This document shows, in pieces, positions 24,058 through 34,773 of a DNA stretch of 64,000 nucleotides. Origin of the DNA: Paramoeba atlantica (taxonomy: Eukaryota > Protista > Discosea); assembly GCA_977017575.1 (NCBI GenBank), contig CDRNVI010000200.1, positions 1 to 64,000 of the forward strand. Direction: 5' to 3'. Numbering within the stretch: position 1 is the stretch's first letter; the number at the start of each line of letters is the position of its first letter. Both the position numbers and the translations under genes were made by a program. The notes under the pieces were generated by a model. It saw nothing but the letters and a program-made list of their open reading frames with translations. It was not told where the DNA came from and did not search any database.

Positions 24058-25205
24058 TTGAGAGTCAAAATCCAGACTTTTGATCGATTTATTTTTGGGT
24101 TCAATTCTTCATTGGTTCATATTTTTTTTTTAATTTTTTTTGGGGAGTCAAAATCCTTCTGTGACGAGAATTTTGATCGATTTATTTTTGGGTTCAATTT
24201 TTCATTGGTTCATATTTTTTTTTTTAATTTTTTTGGGGAGTCAAAATCCTTCTGTGACGAGAATTTTGATCAATTTATTTTTGGGTTCAATTTTTCATTG
24301 GTTCATATTTTTTTTTAATTTTTTTTTGGGGAGTCAAAATCCTTCTGTGACGAGAATTTTGATCGATTTATTTTTGGGTTCAATTCTTCATTGGTTCATA
24401 TTTTTTTTTTTTAATTTTTTTGGGGAGTCAAAATCCTTCTGTGACAAGAATTTTGATCAATTTATTTTTCGTTCAATTCTTAATTGGTTCATATTTTTTT
24501 TAATTTTTTTTTGGTGAGTCAAAATCCTTCTGTGACGAGACTTTTGATCGATTTATTTTCACACCAGGCTGGCTAAATCCTATGCACTTTGAGTCATGAA
24601 TTTATCAATCATCCAAATCAACTCTGTTTATTCCTTTCAAACCTGCAAAAAAAATCATGTCTATATCAGTTTTTTTGGTTTTTTTTTTTGATTCACCACT
24701 CTTTTTTGTTTTTTTCTTGTGTTTTGAGTTTCAGAAAAGTTGAAAAATGAGAGAGAAACAAGATTTGTTCTTCTTTTTTTCAAGTTTTTTTTGTAAGCTT
24801 TGTTGTTTTTTTGGTTTGGGAGTCTTCTTGTATCTTCTTGTGTTTTTTTCTTTCATTTTTTTATCTTTTCAAGAGAAAACAAGGTTTTTGTGTTTTTTGA
24901 AATTCTAAAAATGAATTTTTTTTTGTGTTTGGCTGGATTCTGAGTATTTTGTTTTTTGGAATTCCGAAAAAGAAAGATTGTTTTTCAGAATTCTAATTTT
25001 CAAAGGTTTGTTCAAAATTGAGTTGGAACTGTTTATTTGCTAAGGTGGAACTTTTTTTTTGAGGCCTTGAATGGAAGTGACAGGGTTAGTTTGGATGATT
25101 GATAAATTCACGACTCGAGGTGTATAGTTTAGCCAGCCTGGAGTGATGGGTTCAATTCTTGATTGGTTCATATTTTTTTTTTTTTTTGGAGAGATCAAAA
25201 ATCCT
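24058..25205. repeat. ~90-bp tandem satellite (about 6 copies) interrupted by an insertion
   Basis: Unit ggagtcaaaatccttctgtgacRagaattttgatcRatttatttttgggttcaattYttcattggttcatattttt repeats from 24058 to 24559. The last unit resumes at 25147 (atgggttcaattcttgattggttcat). Confidence 0.92.
24560..25146. mobile_element. MITE / non-autonomous DNA transposon, ~587 bp, ~65-bp imperfect TIRs with CAC...GTG termini
   Basis: Left end cacaccaggctggctaaatcctatgcactttgagtcatgaatttatcaatcatccaaa matches the reverse complement of the right end, cactccaggctggctaaaactatacacctcgagtcgtgaatttatcaatcatccaaa. The interior is AT-rich and non-coding, and it splits one satellite unit. Confidence 0.85.
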
Positions 25206-25813
25206 TCATTTTTTTTCTTTTTTTTTTCTCATATTATTTTTTTTTTATTTAAAGGTGAATTATTGAGTGAACTTTATGGATTTCATTTTTCTTCTTGTTA
25301 TGTTAAGCTGTTTTGCTTTTTCTTCTATTGTATTAATTGAACCTTGTGTTGGTTACTATTATCAAAAGAAAGAGAAGAATAGATTAAAATCTTTTCTATT
25401 GTATTATTTCCTTTTTTTTTATGTTTTTTGTTGACCTTTTTTTTGTTTGAATTTTTTTCTTCTTTCTTTTTTTTTTCTTTAAATCCTTCTTATTTCTCTT
25501 TCAACTTGTTTTCTATTTTTTTTTTTTCTTTTTAATTTTTTTCAATTGTTTTTTTTAAAAAAATAATAAATAATTTTTCAAAATAAATTGAATAAATTTA
25601 TTTTTTCAATTTTTTTAAGAAACCATTTTCTTTCTCTTACAACCATTTATTTTAAATAAAAATCTTTTCTTTAAAGAAAAATAAAAAAAAAGAAGAAATT
25701 TTAAGTTGCAGGAAAACCTAATGTTGCAAAAAGACTTTTTAAAAAAAATATTGATTTAAAGGGAGTAAAGAGCCTAAACCTATAAAATAATAGATTGAAC
25801 TGGGCAAGAGCTA

Positions 25814-25858
25814 TAAACCCTAAACCCTAAACCCTAAACCCTAAACCCTAAACCCTAA
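25814..25858. repeat. Interstitial telomeric tract (~6 x CCCTAAA), same orientation as the terminal array
   Basis: taaaccctaaaccctaaaccctaaaccctaaaccctaaaccctaa. Confidence 0.95.
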
Positions 25859-26240
25859 TTCAATTCTTTTTCTTTTTTTCTTCTTTAATCTTATTTTTGG
25901 TTTGCATTTGGATTTTTTCAATCAATTTTGGTCATACAATCCTTTTTCTTTGTTTTTTTTTGTTTTTTTCTCTTTTTTGTTGAATCTTTCTCTTTCTCTT
26001 TCTTTTTCTTTTTTTCTTTCTTTCTCACAAACAAAAAAAAAAAAAAAAAAACTGTTCGAAACAAAAAACCAAAAAAAACCAAAAAAAAACCAAAAAAAGA
26101 AAAAGAAAATGGATGATGTGGCAACATTTGATTGGGAATTGGATTTTTTTTTTCTTTTTCGAAAAAGAAAGCAGTGGGTGAGAAAAAAACAGAAAAACAG
26201 AAAGAAAAAAGAAAGAAATTGAAAGAAAAGAAGAATTGAA

Positions 26241-26886
26241 AGGTTTGGAAAGATATATGATAGATTGTTTGATTTACCAATGAACTTTTTTATTCCATAT
26301 TTCAAGTGAATGTTTTAGTTTGTTATTCTTTTTTTTTTTCTTTATTTACAAACTATTAAAAACAACACCACTGGATCAATCATTTCACTTTTCCACACAC
26401 AATCAAAAGAAAGAATTGAGAAAATCAAAGAAAAACGAAAGGTTTCTTTTTTAGCACACCTTATGCTTTGACGTTTTTCGTCTCTTTTGGATAGAATCGT
26501 CACTTTAATCGATTCGATTCGTAAATCTTTCAAAAAAATTCGTTAGTTTTTTGCAATGTATAGGGTTTGGAAAGATACATGATAGATTGTTTGATTTACC
26601 AATGAACTTTTTTATTCTATATTTCAAGTGAATGTTTTAGTTTATTATTCTTTTTTTTTTTCTTTATTCACAAACTATTAAAAACAACACCACCAGATCA
26701 ATCATTTCACTTTTCCATACACAATCAAAAGAAAGAATTGAGAAAATCAAAGAAAAACAAAAGGTTTCTTTTTTAGCACACCTTATGCTTCAATGTTTTT
26801 CGTTTCTTTCGGATAGAATCATCACCTTAATCGATTTGATTCGTAAATCTTTCGAAAAAATTTGTTAGTTTTTTGCAATGTATAGG
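26241..26886. repeat. Tandem duplication of a ~322-bp unit abutting the broken retroelement
   Basis: ggtttggaaagata.atgatagattg...gttagttttttgcaatgtataggg occurs twice (26241-26564 and 26563-26886). Confidence 0.92.
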
Positions 26887-29643
26887 GACCCTCAACCTCT
26901 ATTGTATGAGAGGTAGAAGTTGTTCTTTTGAGAGGTTCTTCTCTTTTTTCTTTACTCCAAAGATCTTTGAAAGAGTGGAGTAGAGTTGCTAATTTTTCTT
27001 TTTGAATAGCTGTCAAATTTGTTAAGTTAATTTTGAACTCATTATAAACTTGTTGAAGTTCTGGATTCCAAGTTTGCAGGGAATCAGATTCATCAGTGGG
27101 CTTTTGGGAATCTGCCAATTTTGCTGCAAGCATTTGAATAACTGGTTCTTTGCCAATACCATTGAATTGTTTGTTTTTAATAAAGGGTTTGTTGTCTTTT
27201 TGGAGTTGTTTTGGATAGATTGGTTCTGTTTTCTGCCAATTGCAATTGGGTGTTTTGTGTTTTTGTTCCGGTTTTTTCAGTGAAGAAGGGTTTCCTTCTT
27301 GAAATTAAATTTTGTTTCCATAATAGGATTTTTTGTGAGCTCAATGAGCTCTGTATCAGCCACATCTTGTTCGTTGACCATGTAGACTTTTCCAAGCACA
27401 GCTTTGTCTGGTATGGTAATGGTTTGTGCTGTTGGATTTGCTACCAACAGTGTGATTTCTCCATCACTGTGGATGTCCACAAGTCCAGGAAAAGCCAGCA
27501 GCTTTCCACCTCCAGTGACTATCGGTATAAAGAATCTTTGTGGCGATGTGATAGGTCCAACTAATTTGAGTGTTATTATTTTTAAAGCTCTTGGCAGACA
27601 CTTTGCCCTCACAGCTTAGGCATGAAGTAATCCTGCATGACCAAAGATCTTTAAATGCTCAAGTACAAGTGGATCCATCTGATTAGAGAGATCTGAGGGG
27701 GGGTTTGCTTGTGTTTGGAATTTACCCCTGTAAGTTATGGTGTTGTCACTTGGATTATATGCAATTCGCATGTGATGCAAGGTTGGTCAACCGATTAAGC
27801 ATTGAACTGGCAAGTAATCAACAATGAGAAACCATAACTTAACAGTGCATTTCCCAAATTGAAATGTGGTTGCAATTGCCTGCTTAGTGAGAGTTTGGGT
27901 TGAATTTCCCATTGCAATGCAGAATGGAGTTTCAAGTTCTCTGATTTCCTCAGTTTTGAATCCATGTTTTTGCATTAATTCTCAGCTAATAGCATTGAGT
28001 CCTGCCCCAGTATCAAGGCAGGTGACCATTTGGAGGCCTCCCACAGTTGCTTGAAATTCCAGTGGTGATCCAATTATTGTTGTGACCTCATCAGCTTTTT
28101 GTGGATGGGCGTTTTGGGTTGGAAGATGCTGCAACAGTTGGAATTCTGCTTCGCAGGGAGCAGATGCAGGTGCCTGATGGGCTGTTCTCTCAATCATTCC
28201 ACAGTGTGTTTTGTGTTCTTTGCAAAAAGACAATTTGAGAGATGTTTGAGCATGAGGGATTTCCTTTTCTGATTCACAACCGTCAAGTTTGTATGACATG
28301 GTCTGACATTGTTTATCAAAAGGAGAAATTCTCTCATCAGTCTCAATATTAATAAAAGCAGCAGGGTAATTTTGGAAAGGTTTATTAGCATTACCTTGTT
28401 GAATAGCAGGTTGTGCTTGAGCAACAGTTTGTTGTTGTTGTGGAGGCGAAGCAGCAGGTTGTGTGGCTGCTTTTTGGAGGTGTGGGGTCAAAGCAGCCAG
28501 TAACTTTGGAACAAATGAGTCAATCATTTGCTCTTCAGTTCATGGTTTCTTTGTGGGGGGTTCCCCAGTGTTGCGAGGAGGTTTGTGAGGATTGTTCCTG
28601 CGAGCATTTGGGTTTCCACATGGATTGTGTGGTGGTTGTTTGTACCTTCTCTTTGATGGAGGTGGTTCATTACCAGCTCACAGAGCCACAATCACTCGAC
28701 AATCTTTGTCAGCATGGGTGATATTGAATCCATGAATGGAGCAGCAATAGACAAAAGAAGCATTTGTCAAGTTTGGAGTTTTGTTAAAACAGGTAAATTG
28801 TTCACAGTATCCGAGAACTTGAGGGCAGTTCAGGGAGGAGTGATCAGTACTGGCGCAAGCCAAACACATTGTCTGCTGCTGCAGATCTTGTGCCGCATCT
28901 CTGAATTCCTGACCGTGAGGGTCCAGGTGGAGTATAGGTGTGGGTGAAGGAGTGGTATTGGAGCGGATGAAAGGATATTTTGGTTGGCTCTTGCATGAGA
29001 TAGCTGTTTCTTCAGAGGGTTGATCAGGTGATAACCTCTTGACCGCTTGCCAGGCTTCTGAGAAAGGTGAGGAGAGGATTTTGTCTTGTAGAGTTTGGAA
29101 GATTCGGGGGTCAGTCAACCGTATGCCTCTCTCATACTCTCTCTCTGCTGCTTGGCGGAAGATTTGAAGGTGTTGGGAGAGTTTGATTGAATTGTCAAAC
29201 ACTAACTGCGCGATCCACCTCGTCGAGACCAGTGAGCTGTTGGATCCCAGTTCCATGTTAATGGCTGTCAAGAAATCTTGAAAAGGTTGGAAGGAGGTGG
29301 CAACCACGGTGTAGCCCTTCGACTTCAAGTGTTTAGACAACACTTGAGAGAGAAATTTGTGGTTCGGCCAGAAGTCGCAAGTCCATGTATAGTAGATGTT
29401 GGAGAGAAAATGGGTAAAGCGTGTCTGACTGTTTTCACCTGTCGCAGGGGGTGTGAGGCTTGAGTCCAAGAATGATTCAAAAGATTTTTGAATTGTCTTG
29501 TGGGTTTTTGCTTCATACGGGGTAAGGTTCTTTGGGAGAGGAACCTTCTCGTTCGGTTCAGGCTCGCTGATGATAGTCGAGAGGTCGAGGTTGCCAAAGT
29601 TCAAGTTTGGTTGAGGTCGTTGCTGAGTTGCATTCTCATTCAC
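26887..29643 (-). pseudogene. gag-pol remnant, single frame from 29643 to 27277 with nonsense codons, then frameshifted
   Basis: ORF-track pieces ending at 29643, 28527, 27975 and 27612 share one frame and are separated only by stop codons (TGA x4, TAA x1), with a further TGA at 27277. Confidence 0.85.
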
Positions 29644-29716
29644 AGCTGTTTAACCAAGGGTGGTTCGACCCAAGACAGTTTCATCAGTGTTTGTGTTACG
29701 GTCCATAAGTTCGAAA

Positions 29717-29727
29717 CGGCGTCGCCA
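29717..29727 (-). promoter_or_regulatory. Primer-binding site TGGCGACGCCG
   Basis: TGG-initiated motif right after the CA LTR end and upstream of the gag ATG. Complementary to a tRNA 3' end ...CGUCGCCA (Ser/Arg-type ends). Confidence 0.65.
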
Positions 29728-29729
29728 AG

Positions 29730-29910
29730 TGTGCAGATTAAGTTCTACAGGGGTTGCAAGAGAAAAGGGAAAGCACAAGTTTTTGTCAGGAAAGTTAAAA
29801 GTGGTTTACTAAGGAGGTTAAAGGTCAGGTGTGACGAAAGGAAAGGTCCGTGGAGAATTCTTGTTTGTTGTTGTTTGTTGTGGAGAGAGAAAAGAAGGGA
29901 GAAGTTCACA
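29730..29910 (-). repeat. Putative 5' LTR (TGTG...CACA)
   Basis: On the minus strand ...AATCTGCACA ends 2 nt before the PBS, and a TGTGAAC start lies about 180 nt upstream. The outer boundary is uncertain because there is no partner LTR. Confidence 0.5.
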
Positions 29911-30053
29911 AACATCATTCAATAATTTCATAAAATAAATTTTAGAAATGTGTTTTGAAATAAGAAACTCATTTGATTATCAACTTCATTCAAAAAGAAA
30001 TCAATTTTTTTCATACCCTTCACTCAAAATAAAAAGAAAAAGAAAATGAAAAC

Positions 30054-30687
30054 TGTGGTTTGAATATTAATGTCGGATCCATGTTCAACAAGAATTTTCA
30101 CAATTTTTTCTAAACTGCTGGAAGCAGCATAGTGAAGAGCAGTCCATCCACCCTTTAACAAAAAGAAAGTTGTTACCAAAAGAATAAAAAGAAAAGAAAT
30201 ATCACACAACACAACATGAAAAACAAAGAATGAACCCACAACAACAAATAAAGAAATGAGAAAAAACAAAGAAATAAAAATCAAAATCAAAAAAGAAAAT
30301 CAAAACTTCATCTTGAAGATCAACATTGGATCCATGTTCAACAAGAAATTTCACAATTTGTTCAAAACCTTTGGAAGCAGCATAGTGAAGAGTGGTCCAT
30401 CCACCCTTTAACAAAAAGAAGTTATTAAAAAAAAAAGATCAAAATCAAAATCAAATATCACACAACTATTCATACTCCATCACATCAGAATAACAAATGA
30501 GAGAGAGAGAGGAGAGAGATAGATTGAGTTTGAAAAAAAAAACCTTGTCTTTGAAGTTGAGATCAAGTTCGAATTGTTTGTTTTTGTTTCCAAGAAGAAG
30601 AACTTTGACAACTTCTTCATCCCCTTTCTCAACACCTTCAAAAAGTTCCTTTGTTTCTTTGTTTGGATATTCTTCTGCAACATCCAT
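30054..30687 (-). CDS. Ankyrin-repeat protein, probably 3'-truncated
   Basis: Exons 30687-30544 (MDVAEEYP...), 30405-30307 (GGWTTLHYAASKGFEQIVKFLVEHGSNVDLQDE) and 30152-30054 (GGWTALHYAASSSLEKIVKILVEHGSDINIQTT), all phase 0 with GT-AG introns. Confidence 0.88.
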
Positions 30688-31251
30688 CTTCTTTTTTTGT
30701 GACACAGAGAGAGAGAGAAGAGAGAGAAAAAAGAGAGAAAGAAGAAAGGGAAAAGGAAGAAAGAGAGAAGGAGGAGAAAGAGAAGGGAGGAGAAAGAGGA
30801 GAGGGGGAAGAGGAGAAGAAAGAGACGGAAGAAGAGGGAGAAGAGAAAGTGTGTCAGAGAAGAGAGAAAAAAAGGAGAGAGAAGAGAGCATTCCCGAAAA
30901 GAATGGGTCGGGACTTTTTCTCTTTTTTTTGAGTGAAGGGCATGAAAAAAATATGAGAGCTTTTTTTTCCCAATTTTTTAATCTTGACTTTCAAAAACTA
31001 TTTGATTCCACAAAAAGAGGAAAGATTTGATCATCTCTTTAATTTCATGTTAAATTATTCTTCACAGACACCTTATGAACTCCAAGAGGAATAAGAGTTT
31101 CTCCTCTTTGAGAATCTCAAAGAGAGGAAAATTAAACTTGAAGAGAATTGTGGAATGAAATACTCAAACAAAAGATGTCTTGGCTTCATTATTTTTTTGT
31201 GTGAGTTGAAAAAGGAAATGTTGGTTGAAAAAGAAAAAAGGTTTAAATAGT

Positions 31252-32560
31252 TCAAAAGGTGAAGTACTTTGTCTTTCTGTTTGATTCTAATGTTTTTCCA
31301 ATCTCTTTTCCTCTCTCTCTGAAATCTTGTTCACATTTTTTTTTCTGGTCTAATAAACCTCTCAAAATCAATGACTGTCCATCTCCAGGATCATAACTTA
31401 AACTTGTTTGAAACCTTTTTCCAGCTCTCGCAATCGAATGTTGAAGAGTTTTTAGAAGAGAGACTGGAATACTTTGCAAAAGTTGCTATTTTACAAAGAA
31501 AAGTTAAAAAATAAATTTAAAAAAGTATGATCAGACTTTTGGAAAGGAAAAACCTTCAAGTCAATCTTCCCTTTCAAAAAATCTTTCCTTGATACCAGAA
31601 CACGAGTTCTATTTCTCCAGCCATGCCAATGATATGGTGACATTGCATCTGTCATTTTCGAAAATAAAACAGGAATACATCCATAGGTTATTGAATCTAA
31701 AAAGAAAAAAATTAAGAATTCAAGAAAGATAGATCTAAAGAAGAGAGAAGAAAAACAAAATACCAATAATAGATTTTCGATAGGGATTATCACCCATCGG
31801 TTCAAGACAAAAAACTGCCTCTTTTTTTAAAAGAATTCTTTTTTCTTGGTCCAATGTACAAACACGCTGAAATTATTTTTAAAATTTAAGATAAATTAAT
31901 CAAGAGAATTAAAAAGAAAAAAGAAAGAAGAATAATTGAGAGACCTCATTATGATAACTCTGGCAATCTTCCATAATTTTTTTTCGAAGTGGAATATCTC
32001 CATGTAGTTTTGTTGCTGTTGTATACAACATCAAAATTGGTCGAGTCTTTTTCAAAATGTTAGTGAGAACCAAAAAAAAAACAGAAACAAATTTGAAAAT
32101 ATTTAAAATAAAAAGGAAAGAGAAAAAGAAAAAATCATTAACAGAGAAAAAGATACTCGATTTGAAAGACCCCAAGGGGGTGGATCCGTAAATTTATTGG
32201 ACCAATGAACACTCGAAGGATGAAAAGCTGGAACAAGGTAGGGAAACTCATCTTTGCTTTTCTATTTTTTTCATCCAAAAAAAGGTAAGATTGGAAGAAC
32301 AAAATATCCAGAAATATTCATTTCTCACACCCCCCCAAAAAAAACACAATCCAAAAAAATACAAAGAAGAGGGAAAAAAGGAGAAAAAAACCGCAATAAA
32401 AGCCATTTCAACTTGAGTAAGAGGATCAGCATGTCGAAATTCCTCATATTGATGAATTGGACTTCCAGCGACTCGCAACATCCGAGAAAATTGGCCTTTT
32501 GGGCTTGCAAACCATGATCTACAACTCCTCGCATTGTTAATTGCTGTGTGTTTTGTTTTG

Positions 32561-32591
<31 letters not shown>

Positions 32592-33480
32592 TGAAAGAAA
32601 GGTTAATCAACTTTCCAAAAAAAAAAAGTGATTCTGCTGGTTTGTTACTCTAGAAAAATTACTATAGAAAAAACCTTGGGGATGAAACATAAAGTGACTA
32701 CAAGAATTAATGCCTCTGAGATGTATCAACAATTTTAAAAGCTCAAGGTGCATTTCCTAAAAAAAAAAACTCTTATCAGCAAAGGGAAATAAATAAAAAA
32801 AAATATCAATCCTAGAGAAAAAAAGGAAGAAAGAGAAAGGGGGAAGGAGGGGAGAAACCAACCTTGTTAAGGTGAGCATGACCTCGTCTTTCATTTTTAC
32901 AAAATTCACCTCCCCATTTTCCATCATTTAAAAACAAAGGAATAAAGAAAAGATCTGCTTTTTGTGGATCTGTTGTTAAATAACAACCTTTTCTCAATTG
33001 ATTGTCAACAACAAGACGATGAAGAAACACAATCCCTTCTGCCCATTGTGGTGTGTAAAAGTCATATTGTTTTGCTTGTTTTCCCGCTGAGATGTTTTTG
33101 ATTATATTTTCTTCTATGTACTTTTCTGCTGTAACATCGGCAAATGAGAGAGGTCCTTGGATATTCTCTGGCATATCATACACAAACACCTTTTTTTTTG
33201 AAAAAAAGAGAGAAAGAAGAAAGAGAGAAAAGAAAAATCAAAAAAAGGAAAAAGAAAGAAAAAAAAAAAAGAAACAAACCTTCACACAACTGGTAGCAGG
33301 TTTATAATCAGTAAGTTGGGATGGCTCAAGCCTTGCCAATTCCTTCGCATTCTCCCAATACTGATGATAGTCAAACTCTTCCTCTTTGCTCACTTTGTTT
33401 TTGTTTGTCCCTGAAACCAAGAGAGTTTTCTGCATAAAACTGACAATGGCGATAATGGTGATGATTCTCCCCCACCCCAT
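31252..33480 (-). CDS. Exostosin-family (GT47) glycosyltransferase, multi-exon
   Basis: N-terminal hydrophobic anchor MGWGRIITIIAIVSF; VFVYDMP; TTDPQKADLFFIP; FCLEPMGDNP; DSITYGCIPVLF. Confidence 0.85.
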
Positions 33481-33855
33481 TCTTATTCTTTCTCTCTCTC
33501 TCTCCAAACCAAACAACTCACACCCAAAAACTGACAACACAACACGAATGCCTTCCCAAACCCAAAAAAAAAAAACAAAAAAAAATTGTTGCCAAAAAAG
33601 CTGTTTCTGTTTTCTGTTTGTTGGATGGAATATTCTTGTCGATTCTTGAATTTCTTTTTTGTGAAATAAATAGTACACTTTCCCAGAGGATTTTGATTCA
33701 TTTTTTTCTTAATTTTATGACAGAACAATTCAATCGCCTGACAATCGAGTTTCAAATGGGTCTCTGACCCGATCGATCAAAAAAGATTCCTTTAACTCTT
33801 CAAACCACAAGAAATAAATCGTTAACAAGAGGAGAAGAACAAGGAGAAGAAACAG

Positions 33856-34773
33856 TCAGCCTTTTTTTGGGATCAGACTTTTGTGGATATGAGGGATGAT
33901 ACCACCTGGAAGGAAGGAAAGAAAATCAATTACAATAAAAAAGGTGGGGAGGCGAAACTTTTTCAAATTCCAAACCATTTGAGATGTAACCCTGACATAA
34001 AGTATCAAGTTCTTCATCTCCACGAATAGCCAAAAGGATATGGCGTGGAGTAATTCTCTTTACTTTCAAGTCTTTTGCTGCATTTCCAGCAAGTTCCAAT
34101 ATTTCTGCCGACTACCCAAAAAACAAAACAAAAAAAAATAATTAGAAAAAGAAAAGAAAAAAAAAAAAAAAGGAAAAAATCACAAACGAGATACTCCAGG
34201 ACAGCAGAAACATAAACAGGAGCACTACCACCAACACGAGAATTGGTCACTTTCTTCATCAAAGTATGAAATCTTCCAACAGGAAATTGAAGACCAGCCC
34301 TTTTTGATCGACTTCCCCCATCAGTTACCTTGATACAAATCAAAATTTAAATGAGAAGAAGGAGGAGAATAAGAAGAATATAGGATCTCGATGTGATTAT
34401 CCAAAGAGAGAGAAGAGATTTTTCAAACCCAACATCAACCCACCACGACAAAAAAAAGAAAGAGAAAAATGAATAGAACCCTTGACTCGAATCTACGGAC
34501 AGCTTTTGTCCCTTCAGAAACGGCATGTTTCGCTAATTCACCAGGCATGATTAGTCTGACAGCAGTCTGAATTTCCCTTGATGTGATGGTTGTCTTCAGA
34601 TGCAAATCTTTCAACTGGACAGCGTCCAGTAAGAGCTTGTTAAAGATCTCATTAACAATATCGTTTACCACTTCCATTCCTTTTGAACTTATCCCAGTGT
34701 GTGGGTGCACTTGTTTCAGAACAAGGTAGATATAAGTGTGGAATCTTCTTTGTTTCCGAAGCCTTTGAGCCAT
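33856..34773 (-). CDS. Single-chain histone H2B-H2A.Z doublet (predicted 206 aa, 4 exons)
   Basis: Exons 34773-34480 (98 aa H2B fold: [47 protein letters not shown]), 34328-34188 ([25 protein letters not shown]), 34111-33976 ([33 protein letters not shown]) and 33905-33856 ([16 protein letters not shown]). All introns are GT-AG and frame-preserving. Confidence 0.85.

Larger units (their letters stand above)
26887..29910 (-). mobile_element. 3'-truncated Ty3/gypsy LTR retrotransposon (5' LTR, PBS, gag, aspartic protease, dUTPase-like domain, RT entry only)
   Basis: Gag zinc knuckle CLACASTDHSSLNC (C-X2-C-X4-H-X4-C); protease CLDTGAGLNAIS and LIG*PTL; PGLVDIHSDGEITLLVANPT; pre-RT segment QKEKLATLLHSFKDLW...RT...HTIEVEGP cut off at about 26887. 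No RT core, RNase H, integrase or second LTR seen. Confidence 0.9.

Noticed and set aside
24058-24559. CRISPR-like regular repeats
   Set aside because: Whole ~90-bp units repeat with no unique spacers, there are no cas genes, and the context is eukaryotic; this is a satellite.
3760-25340. Dozens of F/S/L-rich or K/R/E-rich ORFs in the track (also within introns from 53 to 63 kb)
   Set aside because: They are translations of (CT)n, (CTTT)n and poly-T/A tracts that lack stops by composition; no domain content.
26241-26886. 322-bp repeats as the retroelement 3' LTR or RT continuation
   Set aside because: No similarity to the 5' LTR region (29730-29910), and translation lacks RT motifs (SPW, FCVDY, YxDD).
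636-29643. Many in-frame TGA codons suggesting TGA reassignment to Trp, Arg or Sec
   Set aside because: Intact genes have no internal TGA, use TGG at conserved Trp, and terminate with TGA (histone doublet 33856, Clu-GEF 52771). Paralogous copies show CGA at the same sites, so these are mutations.
29675-29730. GGTTCGACCC and GTTCGAAA..CGCCA resembling tRNA T-arm/CCA
   Set aside because: No cloverleaf or D-arm, and T-loop-to-CCA spacing is too short; better explained as the retroelement PBS and leader.
33856-34773. Histone doublet as part of an endogenous giant-virus insertion
   Set aside because: It has three host-style introns and CpGs are retained, and the flanking genes are ordinary spliced genes with no viral hallmark genes nearby. 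Ancient transfer is not excluded.
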